From positions 480,001 through 512,000 of the forward strand of contig NC_002677.1 of NCBI RefSeq assembly GCF_000195855.1: 32,000 bases of DNA, read 5' to 3'. A program made the position numbers and the translations under genes. Positions within the stretch are counted from its first letter, which is position 1, and every line of letters starts with the position of its first letter. Under the pieces are notes generated by a model. The model was not told the DNA's origin and did no database searches. It saw nothing but the letters and a program-made list of their open reading frames with translations. This document shows, one piece after another, positions 1-12,713 of this stretch. The stretch comes from Mycobacterium leprae TN (GTDB lineage: Bacteria > Actinomycetota > Actinomycetes > Mycobacteriales > Mycobacteriaceae).

Positions 1-92
1 TGCCTCAGCATTAACCGTGTGGTCGGCTAGCTACTACGTAGTCAGTGCTACTAGTTTTTCGGGCCGATTGATCGAGCGCAAATGCTGCGTCA

Positions 93-506
93 TCAGTGAC
101 GGCGGCGATAGCCATCCGCGTCTGATGTCGCTTGGTTTAGCGATGCATCTGCGTATCCCCGGCAATAATCCCACGTGACGTAGGAGTCCGGTTCGGGGTC
201 GTAGGCCGGCTCGTGCGGGCGGACAGTGCCGTCGATCAGTAGTTGCAGCAGGTTGGCACGCAGCATGTCCCAGTCGTGATAGTGGTCTTGTTGACATTCG
301 TCACAGCACACCACAAGTCCACGAATTCCCTTATGCGCCAACAGTGCCTCGTAAACGGCCAGGTCGGCCAGGTCGGCTTCGACCGCAATCCGCTCCTGCT
401 GGTCTAGCGGTTGACCTGGCTCTACGGCATCGAGCGCCGCCGACGGATCGCAGGGGTCGTCAGCAAACGGGTCGGGTGGCAAACCCGGTGGTAGGTGGTC
501 ACGCAC
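93..506 (-). CDS. Conserved actinobacterial hypothetical protein (DUF5319 type, Rv3412-like)
   Basis: 137 aa intact ORF with Cys pair CCDEC; position divergent to guaB2 matches the M. tuberculosis order Rv3411c/Rv3412. Confidence 0.82.
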   Translation of the reverse strand: MRDHLPPGLPPDPFADDPCDPSAALDAVEPGQPLDQQERIAVEADLADLAVYEALLAHKGIRGLVVCCDECQQDHYHDWDMLRANLLQLLIDGTVRPHEPAYDPEPDSYVTWDYCRGYADASLNQATSDADGYRRRH

Positions 507-618
507 GCCTCTAGCCTACGCAGGCAGGCAGCAATAATGCCAGCAGCCAAGACCGATGTTGTTTCATCACCGGCACAACACCCGGCCAAGCGAGCCCAGA
601 GGATTGGTAAGCCTATAA

Positions 619-2250
<1,632 letters not shown>

Positions 2251-2258
2251 CGCCCGAC

Positions 2259-3386
2259 ATGGTCGAGATAGGGATGGGCCGCGTGGCCCGTCGAACATAT
2301 GAGCTCCGTGAGATCAGCATCGTGCCGTCGCGTCGCACTCGCTCGTCGAAAGACGTGTCGACGGCTTGGCAACTCGACGCCTACCGGTTCGAGATCCCCG
2401 TCGTGGCACACCCGACCGATGCGTTAGTGTCGCCGGAGTTCGCCATCGAGCTGGGCCGGCTTGGTGGGCTGGGTGTGCTCAACGGTGAGGGGCTGATTGG
2501 CCGCCATGCTGATGTCGGTGCCAAGGTCGCACAGTTGATCGAGGCTGCCGAGAAAGAGCCTGAACCGGCGACTGCGGTCTGTTTGCTGCAGGAACTGCAT
2601 GCTGCGCCGCTGAATCCGGACCTGCTGGGTTCGGCGGTAGCTCGGATTCGGGAGGCGGGAGTGACCACTGCAGTGCGAGTCAGCCCGCAAAATGCCCAAG
2701 TGTTGACGCCGGTGTTGCTCGCTGCCGGAATTGACCTACTGGTCGTCCAGGGTTCCATCGTCTCGGCCGAGTGTGTTGCCAGCGGTGGTGAACCACTCAA
2801 CCTGAAAACATTCATCTCTGAGCTCGACGTTCCGGTGGTCGCTGGCGGTGTGCTCGACCACCGCACGGCGCTGCACCTGATGCGCACCGGCGCGGCTGGC
2901 GTGATCGTCGGCTATGGCTCCACTAGAGGGGCCACTACCTCCGATGAAGTGTTAGGCATCAGCGTGCCGATGGCTACGGCGATCGCCGACGCGGCTGCTG
3001 CGCGGCGCGAATACCTCGATGAGACCGGTGGTCGCTACGTCCACGTGCTGGCCGACGGCGATATCTACACGTCTGGCGAGTTGGCCAAAGCTATTGCCTG
3101 TGGTGCCGACGCGGTGGTGCTGGGTACACCGTTGGCCCAAAGTGCCGAGGCACTCGGCGGCGGGTGGTTCTGGCCGGCCGCGGCGGCGCACCCGTCTCTG
3201 CCACGCGGGGCGTTGCTACAGACCGCTGTCGGTGAGCGACCGTCATTGCAGCAGGTTTTGAACGGGCCCTCCGACAACCCATTCGGCACCCTGAATCTTG
3301 TTGGTGGTCTGCGCCGATCTATGGCTAAGGCCGGCTATTGCGACCTCAAGGAATTCCAGAAGGTCGGTCTGATCGTCAGCATCTGA
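2259..3386 (+). CDS. guaB3: GuaB3 family IMP dehydrogenase-related protein
   Basis: Intact ORF starting MVEIGMGRVARRTYELREISIVPSRRTRSSKDV; ATG at 2259 preferred over the TTG at 2247 in the track; immediately downstream of guaB2. Confidence 0.93.
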   Translation: MVEIGMGRVARRTYELREISIVPSRRTRSSKDVSTAWQLDAYRFEIPVVAHPTDALVSPEFAIELGRLGGLGVLNGEGLIGRHADVGAKVAQLIEAAEKEPEPATAVCLLQELHAAPLNPDLLGSAVARIREAGVTTAVRVSPQNAQVLTPVLLAAGIDLLVVQGSIVSAECVASGGEPLNLKTFISELDVPVVAGGVLDHRTALHLMRTGAAGVIVGYGSTRGATTSDEVLGISVPMATAIADAAAARREYLDETGGRYVHVLADGDIYTSGELAKAIACGADAVVLGTPLAQSAEALGGGWFWPAAAAHPSLPRGALLQTAVGERPSLQQVLNGPSDNPFGTLNLVGGLRRSMAKAGYCDLKEFQKVGLIVSI

Positions 3387-3450
3387 GGTTCGGTCGCCAA
3401 ACGTGCGACCAGCCCGCACGCTGGTGCCTAAGGCGGGTCATACTGGGGCG

Positions 3451-5160
3451 ATGAAGCCGGATTATGACGTCTTAATCATCGGTTCAGGGTTTGGCGGCAG
3501 TGTCAGTGCGCTGCGGCTCACGGAAAAAGGTTACCGGGTCGGTGTTTTGGAGGCGGGCCGTCGCTTCGCCGACGAGGATTTTGCCAAGACGTCCTGGGAT
3601 CTGCGTAAATTCCTCTGGGCGCCGAAGCTGGGCTGCTACGGCATCCAACGCATTCACCTGCTGCGCAACGTGATGATATTGGCCGGCGCCGGAGTGGGAG
3701 GCGGTTCGTTGAACTACGCGAATACGTTGTACGTTCCGCCGGAGCCGTTCTTTGCCAACCAGCAGTGGGCGCACATCACCGACTGGCACAGCGAGCTGGC
3801 GCCGCATTACGACCAGGCGCAGCGGATGTTAGGTGTGGTTTGTAACCCGACCTTCACCGACGCCGACCGGATACTCAAAGAGGTTGTCGATGAGATGGGG
3901 TTTGGCGACACCTTTGTGCCGACGCCGGTGGGGGTGTTTTTCGGCCCTGATGGCACTCAGACGCCGGGTCGGACCGTGGCCGACCCGTATTTCGGCGGCG
4001 TGGGGCCAGTGCGCACCGGCTGCCTGGAATGTGGTTGCTGTATGACGGGTTGTCGCCACGGTGCCAAGAACACGTTGGTGAAAAATTACCTTGGTCTAGC
4101 GGAATCAGCAGGTGCGCAAGTGATTCCGATGACGACGGTGAAAGGATTCGAACTGCGGTCCGAGGGGCTGTGGGAAGTTCATACGGTCCGCACCGGCAGT
4201 TGGCTGCGCAGGGGCAGACGCACGTTTACCGCTGCACACCTGCTGCTGGCCGCCGGCACGTGGGGGACGCAACGTTTGCTGTTCAGGATGCGTGACCAAG
4301 GTAAGTTGCCTCGTCTGTCGCAGCGCTTGGGTGTGTTGACTCGGACAAACTCGGAGTCGATTGTCGGTGCTGGGACCTTGAACGTCATGCCTGACCGGGA
4401 CCTGACGCATGGCGTGGCGATCACGTCGTCGATTCACCCGACGTCGGACACGCATATCGAACCCATACGCTACGGCAAGGGGTCCAACGCGATGGGATTG
4501 TTGCAGACCTTGATGACTGACGGGCCCGGTCCCGAGGGCACCGATGTGCCGCGCTGGAGGCAGTTATTGCATCAGGCCAGCGAAGATCCGCGCCGCATGC
4601 TGCGGCTGATTAATCCCCGTCGGTGGAGCGAACGCACGGTGATCGCGTTGGTGATGCAGCACTTGGATAACTCGATCACCACGTTTACCAAGCGGGGGAA
4701 ACTGGGCATCCGTTGGTACTCCAGCAAACAGGGGAACGGAGAACCGAACCCGTCGTGGATCCCGATCGGCAACGAGGTCACCCGCCGTCTAGCCGCCAAG
4801 ATCGACGGCGTGGCCGGCGGTACCTGGGGCGAGCTTTTCAACATCCCGCTGACCGCGCACTTTCTTGGCGGTGCGGTGATTGGCGACAACGCTGAACACG
4901 GGGTGATAGACCCCTACCATCGAGTCTACGGCTATCCTACACTGTACGTGGTGGACGGCGCAGCGATTTCGGCGAACCTGGGCGTCAACCCATCGTTGTC
5001 TATCGCTGCGCAAGCTGAGCGTGCAGCCTCCTTGTGGCCCAACAAGGGCCAGCACGATCAGCGCCCTCGGCAGGGTGAGTCGTACCGTCGGCTGGCCCCG
5101 ATCGCCCCGGACCACCCGGTGGTGCCCGCCGAAGCGCTGGGAGCGCTGCGGTGGCTATAG
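3451..5160 (+). CDS. choD: GMC-type FAD oxidoreductase annotated as cholesterol oxidase in mycobacteria
   Basis: N-terminal FAD motif DVLIIGSGFGGSVSALRLTEKGYRVGVLEAG; GMC-type regions (GGSLNYAN, CLECGCCMTGCRHGAKNT); follows guaB3. ATG at 3451 better matches the family start than 3403. Confidence 0.9.
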   Translation: MKPDYDVLIIGSGFGGSVSALRLTEKGYRVGVLEAGRRFADEDFAKTSWDLRKFLWAPKLGCYGIQRIHLLRNVMILAGAGVGGGSLNYANTLYVPPEPFFANQQWAHITDWHSELAPHYDQAQRMLGVVCNPTFTDADRILKEVVDEMGFGDTFVPTPVGVFFGPDGTQTPGRTVADPYFGGVGPVRTGCLECGCCMTGCRHGAKNTLVKNYLGLAESAGAQVIPMTTVKGFELRSEGLWEVHTVRTGSWLRRGRRTFTAAHLLLAAGTWGTQRLLFRMRDQGKLPRLSQRLGVLTRTNSESIVGAGTLNVMPDRDLTHGVAITSSIHPTSDTHIEPIRYGKGSNAMGLLQTLMTDGPGPEGTDVPRWRQLLHQASEDPRRMLRLINPRRWSERTVIALVMQHLDNSITTFTKRGKLGIRWYSSKQGNGEPNPSWIPIGNEVTRRLAAKIDGVAGGTWGELFNIPLTAHFLGGAVIGDNAEHGVIDPYHRVYGYPTLYVVDGAAISANLGVNPSLSIAAQAERAASLWPNKGQHDQRPRQGESYRRLAPIAPDHPVVPAEALGALRWL

Positions 5161-5169
5161 CCATTGATC

Positions 5170-5650
5170 CGGACGGGTGGGTAACGCTGGATGACGCCAC
5201 TGCGTTGGCTGAGGCTCAGTGGCGCACAGCTTACTATCCGACTGTGTTCGTCGTGCATGTTGACCGGAACATCGCCCACCAAGGTAACCCTGTGCATTGA
5301 GGTGTGGCTGGTTGTCGTAGTTGTCGGTTGCTTGGTGTTGTGTGATTGGTTGTCCTCAACGGTGACGTCGACCGGCTCCCGGTTCCAGCGGATGGTGTTT
5401 TCGGGCATGGTGATTTGTCGCTGTAACAACTCCAAAAGCACGCTTGGTTCGTGGCTGTCCAGACCGACGAGGCTGTGCATAAAATTTCCCAACAGTAACA
5501 TGGGCTCACCGGTCTTCGGGTGCACCCGCACGACCGGATGTTCGTTCCGGAAAACCGGGTTCTCGAACGCCTCCCGGAACTCCCGCTGTGTGTCGGTTAT
5601 CGATTCGACCCGATCCGGCTGCCTAGCTGGGTGACGTTTATCGTGTGTGT
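5170..5650 (-). pseudogene. Remnant of TauD-family Fe(II)/2-oxoglutarate dioxygenase (Rv3406-like alkyl sulfatase), N-terminus missing
   Basis: Minus-strand translation REFREAFENPVFRNEHPVVRVHPKTGEPMLLLGNFMHSLVGLDSHEPSVLLELLQRQITMPENTIRWNREPVDV...HRVTLVGDVPV matches only the C-terminal part of the family; a frameshift disrupts the end. Confidence 0.8.
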
Positions 5651-5720
5651 ACTCTATTTCATTTCATCCTTTTGGGACTAGCTGACGTAGTCAGTTCGAT
5701 CGCATCGACTAGTGCAGTCA

Positions 5721-6280
5721 TATGACTGCACCCTCGGCAACCCGCTCACGCAAGGCTCCCGCCGGACGGGAAGATGTTGCGGAGCCATGCCACTGACTTG
5801 TTTGCCGAGCGCGGTCCGGCCGCGACATCTATCCGCGATATCGCCGCCCGATCGGGGGTCAACGATGGACTGGTTTTTCGGCCCTTCGGAACCAAAAAGA
5901 ACAATTGGTGGGTGCTGTGCTATATCACTTGGGTATGACGCTGACCGGTTTGCTGCACTACGCGGCGTCAGGTGACGTCGTCGAACGTGGGCTCGATCGG
6001 CATATGGGGTCCTGACCCGGACACTATTCGACGGTTATCTCGTGGGGCAGATGAGAAGCAATTTCCCAACGTTGCAGAGATGCTAGATGGCGTGCGGCCA
6101 CGCCACAGAAGCGACCGCGCAGCGCACTGCTGGCAGTCGCTAATTTCCTTGCGCCGCAATTTGGTTAGCAATTATTTACTCCTATGCTGCATTCGGTTAT
6201 CGGTATCGCCGACCTGACCGAAGCGCAGCTTCAGCGGGCCGTGCACGCCGAGGTGGCCTGGCTCATCGAGCCGCACTGAT
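5721..6280 (+). pseudogene. TetR-family regulator relic (Rv3405c-like)
   Basis: ATGACTGCACCCTCGGCAACCCGCTCACGCAAGGCTCCC start, then stop/frameshifts, with FAERGPAATSIRDIAARSGVNDGLVF, LTKL, QFPNVAEMLDGVRPR and RLSVS blocks in different frames. Confidence 0.82.
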
Positions 6281-8641
6281 TATGAGCGACTTATGGCGCC
6301 GGCTTACTGGCTCGCGGCCCGGCGGCTGTGATGGAGGCGGCAGGAGTGGCTTTCGGTCCCGTACCGCTATGGTCGACGGTGAATCCGATTTCAGTGTGAG
6401 GTGTTCACCGGCATGCCGGATGGTTAGCTCGCCGCCAGGGCCGTCGCGCAGGGTGTAGGTGACGTCGGCATGCCTGGCGTCCACGGTCAGTCGGAACCCG
6501 CGCCAGCGTAGTCGGAATCGTAGACGCGAGATGCCGTGGGGCAGTTGGGGATCGATGGACAGGATGCCCTCATCGTCACGCAGGCCGCCGAAGCCCCCGA
6601 CTAGAGCTGTCCACGCACCGGCGAGTGAGGCCATGTGCAACCCGTCACGGGTATTGCGGTGCAGATCGCGCAGGTCGATCAGCGCGGCCTCGTAAGCATA
6701 GTCGTGGGCCAACTCTAGATGTCCGACCTCGGCACACATCACCGCCTGTGTGCAGGCTGACAGCGATGAGTCACGCACCATGCGTCGTTCGTAGTAGTCG
6801 ACATTGCGCGCCTTTTGTTCGGGGGTGAACGCATGACTTTGCCACTGCATCGCCAGCACCAGGTCGGCTTGCTTGATTACTTGTGCTGGGTAGAGCCGTA
6901 CGTAGGCTTCGTGCAGGAATAATGGGTAGGTGGTGTTGGCTTCAAAATCCCACTCCGCAAAGGTGGTAAACCCTTCACACTGCTGATGGACACCGAGCTC
7001 GTCGTCGTACGGAATGTTGGCGGCGTCGGCCGCGTCGCGCCAAGCGGCCATCTCTTCGGTTGTGACACCCATTGCTTTTGCCGCTTCGGGCTGGCGTAGG
7101 CAGGCATCAGCAGCGGTGATCAGATTGCTCGCGGCCATTAGATTCGTGAACACGTTGTCACGGACCACCGCCGTGTACTCGTCGGGACCGGTGACCCCAT
7201 CGAGGTGCCAGACACCATGCCGGTCGTGGTGTCCGAGTGAAAGCCACAGCCGGGCCGTCTCGATGAGCACAGCAAGGCCGCATTCTTCCTCCAACGAGTG
7301 GTCACCGGTAACAATGCGGTATCGCTCGAAGGCCATCGCTATGTCGGCGTTGATGTGCCAAGCCGCCGTGCCCGCCGGCCAGTACGCCGAGCACTCCTGC
7401 CCGCGGATGGTTCGCCAGCAAAAGCTGGCACCGTCGAGCCCGAGTTCGGCTGCCCGGTCTTTGGCGAGCTGTAATGTCGACGCACGCCACCGCAGCGCAT
7501 CGGCGACTGCATGCGGCGCGGTGTAGGTAAGCACTGGCAACACGAAACCTTCGGTATCCCAAAAAGCGTGGCCGTCGTAGCCTGTTCCGGTGAGTCCCTT
7601 GCTGGGGATAGCACGCCGTTCGGCGCGCGCGCTGGCCTGCAGCAGGTGAAATAGCCCGAACCGCACTGCTTGCTGAGATTCCGGGTCGCCCTCGACTTCG
7701 ACGTCGGCGCTGTCCCAGAATTCGTTGAGGTAAGCGCGCTGCGCGTCCAGCAATCCTTGCCATCCACTGTAGCGGGCGGTGTGCAGTGCGGCGGTGGCCT
7801 GGTCATGCAGCGCTGGGCGGGAGCGCAGACTTGACCAGCCGTACGCCAGGTATTTGACGATGCGCAGCTTCTGTCCTGGGCGCAGACCGCAGATCACGGT
7901 GGTCCGAGCCAAGTCTGGACGCGCGTCGGTGGTGATCTCGACTCGTCCGGGAACCTCGACCTCGTGATCCATTCCGGCGGCCATCATTAAGGAGCTCGCC
8001 CGGGTCCGGTGCATGAGAAGTCCGCCGCGCTCAGTGGCTTCGTGTTCGACGGCCTCTAGCGGGTTATCTAGAATGGCTGACACTCGCGGGTCGCCCGAGG
8101 TCTCGGGTTGGTCCTCGTTGGAGACGAGCTCAGACTGTACGGTCACGCGCACGAATTTGTCCAGCGCTTCGACGACGTACTCGATAGCTGCGACACTACG
8201 GTGCGCCAGCGACACCAAACGGGTGGACACCACCTTAACTTGCTTGTCCGCGGGCGAGCGCCAATTTGCGCGGCGGGTCAGCGTTCCGGCGCACAGGTCG
8301 AGGACTCGCTCGTGGAAGATTACTTCCCCGTAGCGGACGTCGAACGGCTCGTCCTCGACGAACAGACGCAAGATCTTGCCGTTGGTGACGTCTACGACGG
8401 TCTGACCGGCCTCCGGATACCCGTATCCGGCTTCGGCATATGGCAGCGGTCGGATTTCGTAGAAGGAGTTCAGATAGGTTCCCGGCAGGCCGTACGGCTC
8501 GCCTTCGTCGAGGTTGCCGCGCAACCCGATGTGCCCGTTGGACAAGGCGAATAGGGATTCCGATTGGGCTAGTAAGTTCAGGTCGAGCCGGGTCTCGCGA
8601 ATCTGCCAAGGTTCTACGGGGAAGGCTTCTTCGGTGATCAT
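6263..8641 (-). CDS. Glycoside hydrolase family 65 protein (trehalose/kojibiose/maltose phosphorylase-like; Rv3401-like)
   Basis: 792 aa ORF; GNGHIGLRGNLDEGEPYGLPGTYLNSFYE, HAFWDTEGFVLPVLTY, GPDEYTAVVRDNVFTNLMA (catalytic acid region), C-terminal beta-sandwich. Confidence 0.93.
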   Translation of the reverse strand: MITEEAFPVEPWQIRETRLDLNLLAQSESLFALSNGHIGLRGNLDEGEPYGLPGTYLNSFYEIRPLPYAEAGYGYPEAGQTVVDVTNGKILRLFVEDEPFDVRYGEVIFHERVLDLCAGTLTRRANWRSPADKQVKVVSTRLVSLAHRSVAAIEYVVEALDKFVRVTVQSELVSNEDQPETSGDPRVSAILDNPLEAVEHEATERGGLLMHRTRASSLMMAAGMDHEVEVPGRVEITTDARPDLARTTVICGLRPGQKLRIVKYLAYGWSSLRSRPALHDQATAALHTARYSGWQGLLDAQRAYLNEFWDSADVEVEGDPESQQAVRFGLFHLLQASARAERRAIPSKGLTGTGYDGHAFWDTEGFVLPVLTYTAPHAVADALRWRASTLQLAKDRAAELGLDGASFCWRTIRGQECSAYWPAGTAAWHINADIAMAFERYRIVTGDHSLEEECGLAVLIETARLWLSLGHHDRHGVWHLDGVTGPDEYTAVVRDNVFTNLMAASNLITAADACLRQPEAAKAMGVTTEEMAAWRDAADAANIPYDDELGVHQQCEGFTTFAEWDFEANTTYPLFLHEAYVRLYPAQVIKQADLVLAMQWQSHAFTPEQKARNVDYYERRMVRDSSLSACTQAVMCAEVGHLELAHDYAYEAALIDLRDLHRNTRDGLHMASLAGAWTALVGGFGGLRDDEGILSIDPQLPHGISRLRFRLRWRGFRLTVDARHADVTYTLRDGPGGELTIRHAGEHLTLKSDSPSTIAVRDRKPLLPPPSQPPGREPVSRRHKSLIISAAR

Positions 8642-8654
8642 CGGGGATGATGCC

Positions 8655-9440
8655 CTACAGTAGTTCAGCGAGATCGGTCACCACTACATTGGCGCCGATG
8701 CGGCGCAGTTCTTCGGCCTGGTCTACCCGACCCGTGCGGTTGATGCCCACCACGAAGCCGAAGTGACCGGACAGGCCGGCCTGCACGCCGGACAAGGCGT
8801 CCTCGAATACGGCTGCCGCGTCGGGAGCGACGTCGAGCAACTGCGCCCCGCGCAGGTATGAGTCGGGGGCCGGCTTGCCGGCGATGTGCTCTTCACGCAG
8901 GGTGATACCGTCCACCTGTTGCTGGACAAATCGGTCAAGACCGGTGATCTTGAGTACGTCGCGGGTATTGGTGCTCGACGACACGACGGCGACGCCGAGG
9001 CCTGCGTACGTGATTGCCTCCAGATAGCGTCGCGACCCGTCGAAGACCTCAATGCCATGCTCCTTGAGTACCTGCCGGAATAGGTCGTCTTTGCGGTTGC
9101 CTAGGCCATATATTGTCTCGACGTCGCCGGAGTTGTCGGCACTGCCTTCAGGCAGTGTGATTCCCCGACTGCCCAGAAATGACCGGACCCCGTCTTCGCG
9201 CTTCTTACCGTCCACGTATTGTCGGTAGTCTGCGGTGGGGTCGAAGGGCACAAAATTTTCTCCGGTGTGCTTGGCCCGTTGGTATAGATAGGTGTCAAAC
9301 ATGGTCTGCCATGCCTTGGCATGGACACTCGCGGTATCGGTGAGAACACCGTCGAGGTCGAATAGGCAGGCGCGCACTTGCTCCGGCAGACCCAGCACGG
9401 TGGACCTCACTTTACTAGTTGGGTGATCCCAGTTCGCCAT
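8655..9440 (-). CDS. HAD-superfamily beta-phosphoglucomutase-like hydrolase (Rv3400-like)
   Basis: [58 protein letters not shown] motifs; start [13 protein letters not shown] at 9440; 13 bp from the GH65 gene. Confidence 0.92.
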
Positions 9441-9804
9441 GCCCACTGTTGGGCTGGCTGCACAGTCCGGGCTCACCGGGATGCAGCGTACCTAATGTGT
9501 CGGCGCTGATTGCATTGCCGAGCCGGCCTTGCGTCAACGGCCCAACCGTCAAGCCACGGCTGTTTGTATAGGAGTTTACATTTGACCTGGTTTTTTGTTC
9601 GTTTAACAGTTACTTTCGTTGAGACGATAACGATTCTCAGGCGTCAAAAACTGTGAAGCTCATGTTCGTGTTTCGATATTCGCTACTACACGCTCTCGCT
9701 TTGCTGTTCTGGTGACGGTTCGTGACATGTCCTGGATGACTTGTAACCGCTGGCCGGCAAGGGGCACGAGTGAAGTTTCTTGGTGTTGTGCTACAAGTTG
9801 GCGA

Positions 9805-10500
9805 CGAACGCGTGTAGTCCCAGCGGGTTGGACGACAGGTACAGCACGGCTTGCATGAGTGTGGTCGCCTGCTCCGTTCGATCGTTCCAGTGCTCGATTG
9901 CTAAGCTGTAGGACTCAATGATGACTCGTAACTGGTTGGAGGTGACGAGATGGCTGTGGCTGGGCTCGTCGGGCCATGGCTCCGGATAGTAGAGTTAGCC
10001 GCTTTTTGATATGGTGATGTTCCACATGGCAAGTCAACTCTCGTAGATCAATACCCGGTGTGATTCGGAGTATTAGGTGGGCATTGTTCGCCATGCTCAG
10101 ATGAACGTGTTGGCTGAAAATGACCTGAAAGGTGGCGTCAACGAACGGCAGTTTGGTTACGTCCGATTGCTGAACGAAGATCTGCTTGACCAAGCTGACA
10201 AGTTGATTTAGCCAACGTGCCGTGTCGTAGTACTCTCTGGTCAGATCTACGGCGGTGACTCGACAGCGTCTTTGGTCTGCGGCAAAACGGGAGGTTCCGC
10301 CGATGGCGCTGCCCCCGTCAAGTGCCTTGGTTTCACTTGTGATCTCGATAAGGTACATGAGTTGGCTGGTAGCAATGCGACCCATTGTGTGGGAAGTCTT
10401 CGCGCAACCCACGAGCCGCAGCCGCAAGGTGTTCGAGGTTCCTTTTCAACATTGATCAGAGTTGTTCGATGTTATCCTTGCTATAAGCCGGTCGAGTACT
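9805..10500 (-). pseudogene. SAM-dependent methyltransferase relic (UbiE/class I type)
   Basis: Minus-strand blocks in different frames: DGGSAIGGTSRFAADQRRCRVTAVDLTREYYDTARWLNQLV...QSDVTKLPF, then YYPEPWPDEPSHSHLVTSNQLRVIIESYSLAIEHWNDRTEQ...NPLGLHAFVANL stop. Confidence 0.7.
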
Positions 10501-11042
10501 GGGCACAAATCTTGTCATTCATACGTGCACCAGGCGGTGTTCTAGCTGCGCTACGCGGCGTACCGACCCGAAAATTGGAAGTGCGCGGCCCGTGGCTGCT
10601 GTAGCCGATCGAATTCGTCCAGACAGTGTGCTAGGGACCTGGAAAATGGACGGCATGATCACCTATGTTCGCGATGTCGTTGGTGTCGAACCCGAAGACT
10701 TCTTGACAATTGCACACCGTTACGTCATCGTCTCAAAATTGCGCCGTACCGCTGGCAATACTTAATACGCTAGGTCTGGGACTTCATGTTGACTGAGCTC
10801 GATCCGATGCACTTGTCACAGTCCCCCCTCGGGGGACCGAAGCCAAGTACAAGGCCGCTATGCGGCGAACCCATGCCACCGGCGATCGTTATGCCATCGA
10901 CGCATTGCGTGCCGCGTTGTGCTCTCGGTGGATTGATGCTGGGGGAACAACAGGCGGTTGTCGGCGTGGAGTTGATCGCGAGGCAGCCCTGTGCGTTGCT
11001 GCTTGCCTCGGGAGCTGCTGCCAGCCTCTAGACTGGCTGCCC

Positions 11043-12632
11043 GTGGCTGACTCTGCTGGCCTCGACCAGCCCGAACCCTCGCCCCGCCCCGTGTTGGTGG
11101 TCGACTTCGGTGCGCAGTATGCACAGCTTATTGCCCGCCGGGTTCGAGAAGCACGGGTTTTTTCCGAGGTAATTCCGCACACCACCTCGATCGAGGAGAT
11201 CACCGCCCGTGATCCGCTGGCGATTGTGCTTTCTGGTGGACCGGCCAGTGTCTATACGGAAGGTGCTCCGCAGCTCGATCCAGCGCTGTTTGACCTCGGT
11301 TTGCCGGTGTTCGGGATCTGCTACGGGTTTCAGGCCATGGCTCAGGTGCTCGGCGGGACTGTCGCCCGAACCAAGACCAGTGAATACGGCCGGACGGAAC
11401 TGAAAGTCCTTGGCGGTGATCTGCATTCGGGTCTTCCTGGTGTCCAGCCGGTCTGGATGAGTCACGGTGACGCGGTCACCGCCGCGCCCGATGGATTCGA
11501 CGTGGCTGCCAGCAGCTCGGGTGCCCCAGTGGCCGCCTTCGAGAACCGGGACCGGCGTCTGGCCGGGGTGCAGTATCACCCGGAGGTGATGCACACCCCG
11601 CACGGGCAACAAGTACTCAGCCGGTTCTTGCACGATTTCGCTGGGCTTGACGCGGATTGGACGGCTGCCAACATCGCTGGTGTGCTGGTCGAGCAGGTGC
11701 GTGCCCAGATCGGCAACGGCCATGCGATCTGCGGACTGTCTGGAGGTGTGGATTCCGCAGTGGCCGCAGCACTGGTGCAACGCGCCATCGGAGACCGATT
11801 GACCTGTATCTTTGTCGATCATGGTCTGCTGCGTGACGGTGAGCGCGGACAGGTGCAGCGTGATTTTGTCGCCGCTACTGGCGCTAAGCTGGTTACCGTC
11901 GACGCGGCCGAGACTTTCCTTCAGGCGCTGTCGGGTGTGACCAACCCCGAAGGCAAGCGTAAGATTATCGGACGCCAGTTCATCCGGGCATTTGAAGGTG
12001 CAGTACGGGATTTGTTGGGTGACAGCACTTTTGATTCCGGGATCGAGTTCTTGGTTCAGGGCACACTGTATCCGGATGTGGTGGAGTCCGGTGGGGGCAG
12101 TGGCACTGCGAACATCAAGAGCCACCACAATGTTGGTGGTCTTCCCGACAACCTAAGGTTCAAGCTCGTTGAGCCGCTGCGGCTGCTATTCAAAGACGAG
12201 GTGCGTGCGGTCGGTCGACAGTTGGACCTGCCGGAGGAAATTGTTGCTCGCCAACCATTTCCGGGTCCTGGCCTGGGCATCCGGATCGTTGGTGAGGTGA
12301 CTGCCGAACGGCTGGACACGCTGCGGCGGGCCGACTCGATAGCGCGTGAGGAGCTGACCACGGCGGGTCTGGACTACCAGATTTGGCAGTGCCCGGTAGT
12401 GCTGCTGGCCGACGTACGTTCGGTCGGTGTGCAGGGGGATAATCGCAGTTACGGACACCCGATCGTGCTGCGGCCAGTGTCTAGCGAGGATGCCATGACA
12501 GCCGATTGGACCTGGGTTCCTTATGAGGTGTTGGAGTGCATCTCGACGCGTATCACCAACGAGGTTGCTGAGGTTAACCGCGTGGTGTTGGACATCACCA
12601 ACAAACCGCCCGGCACCATCGAGTGGGAATAG
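11043..12632 (+). CDS. guaA: GMP synthase (glutamine-hydrolysing)
   Basis: [36 protein letters not shown] class I amidotransferase, [17 protein letters not shown]-loop, [13 protein letters not shown]-terminus. GTG start at 11043 in frame with the upstream ORF extension; predicted 529 aa. Confidence 0.97.
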
Positions 12633-12713
12633 CGGTCGCCGAAAACTTTCCGGAATGACATCACGTCGCTGGCGCTCCTCGGGCGCTCAGGGTTGCCGGT
12701 GAATGCGGAACCG

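Noticed and set aside
10860-11042. In-frame 61-codon extension upstream of guaA
   Set aside because: Family N-terminus starts near the GTG at 11043; the extension has no homology I recognise and is probably relic DNA read in frame.
11028-12128. 366 aa minus-strand ORF opposite guaA
   Set aside because: Antisense to the well-supported guaA, no recognisable domain.
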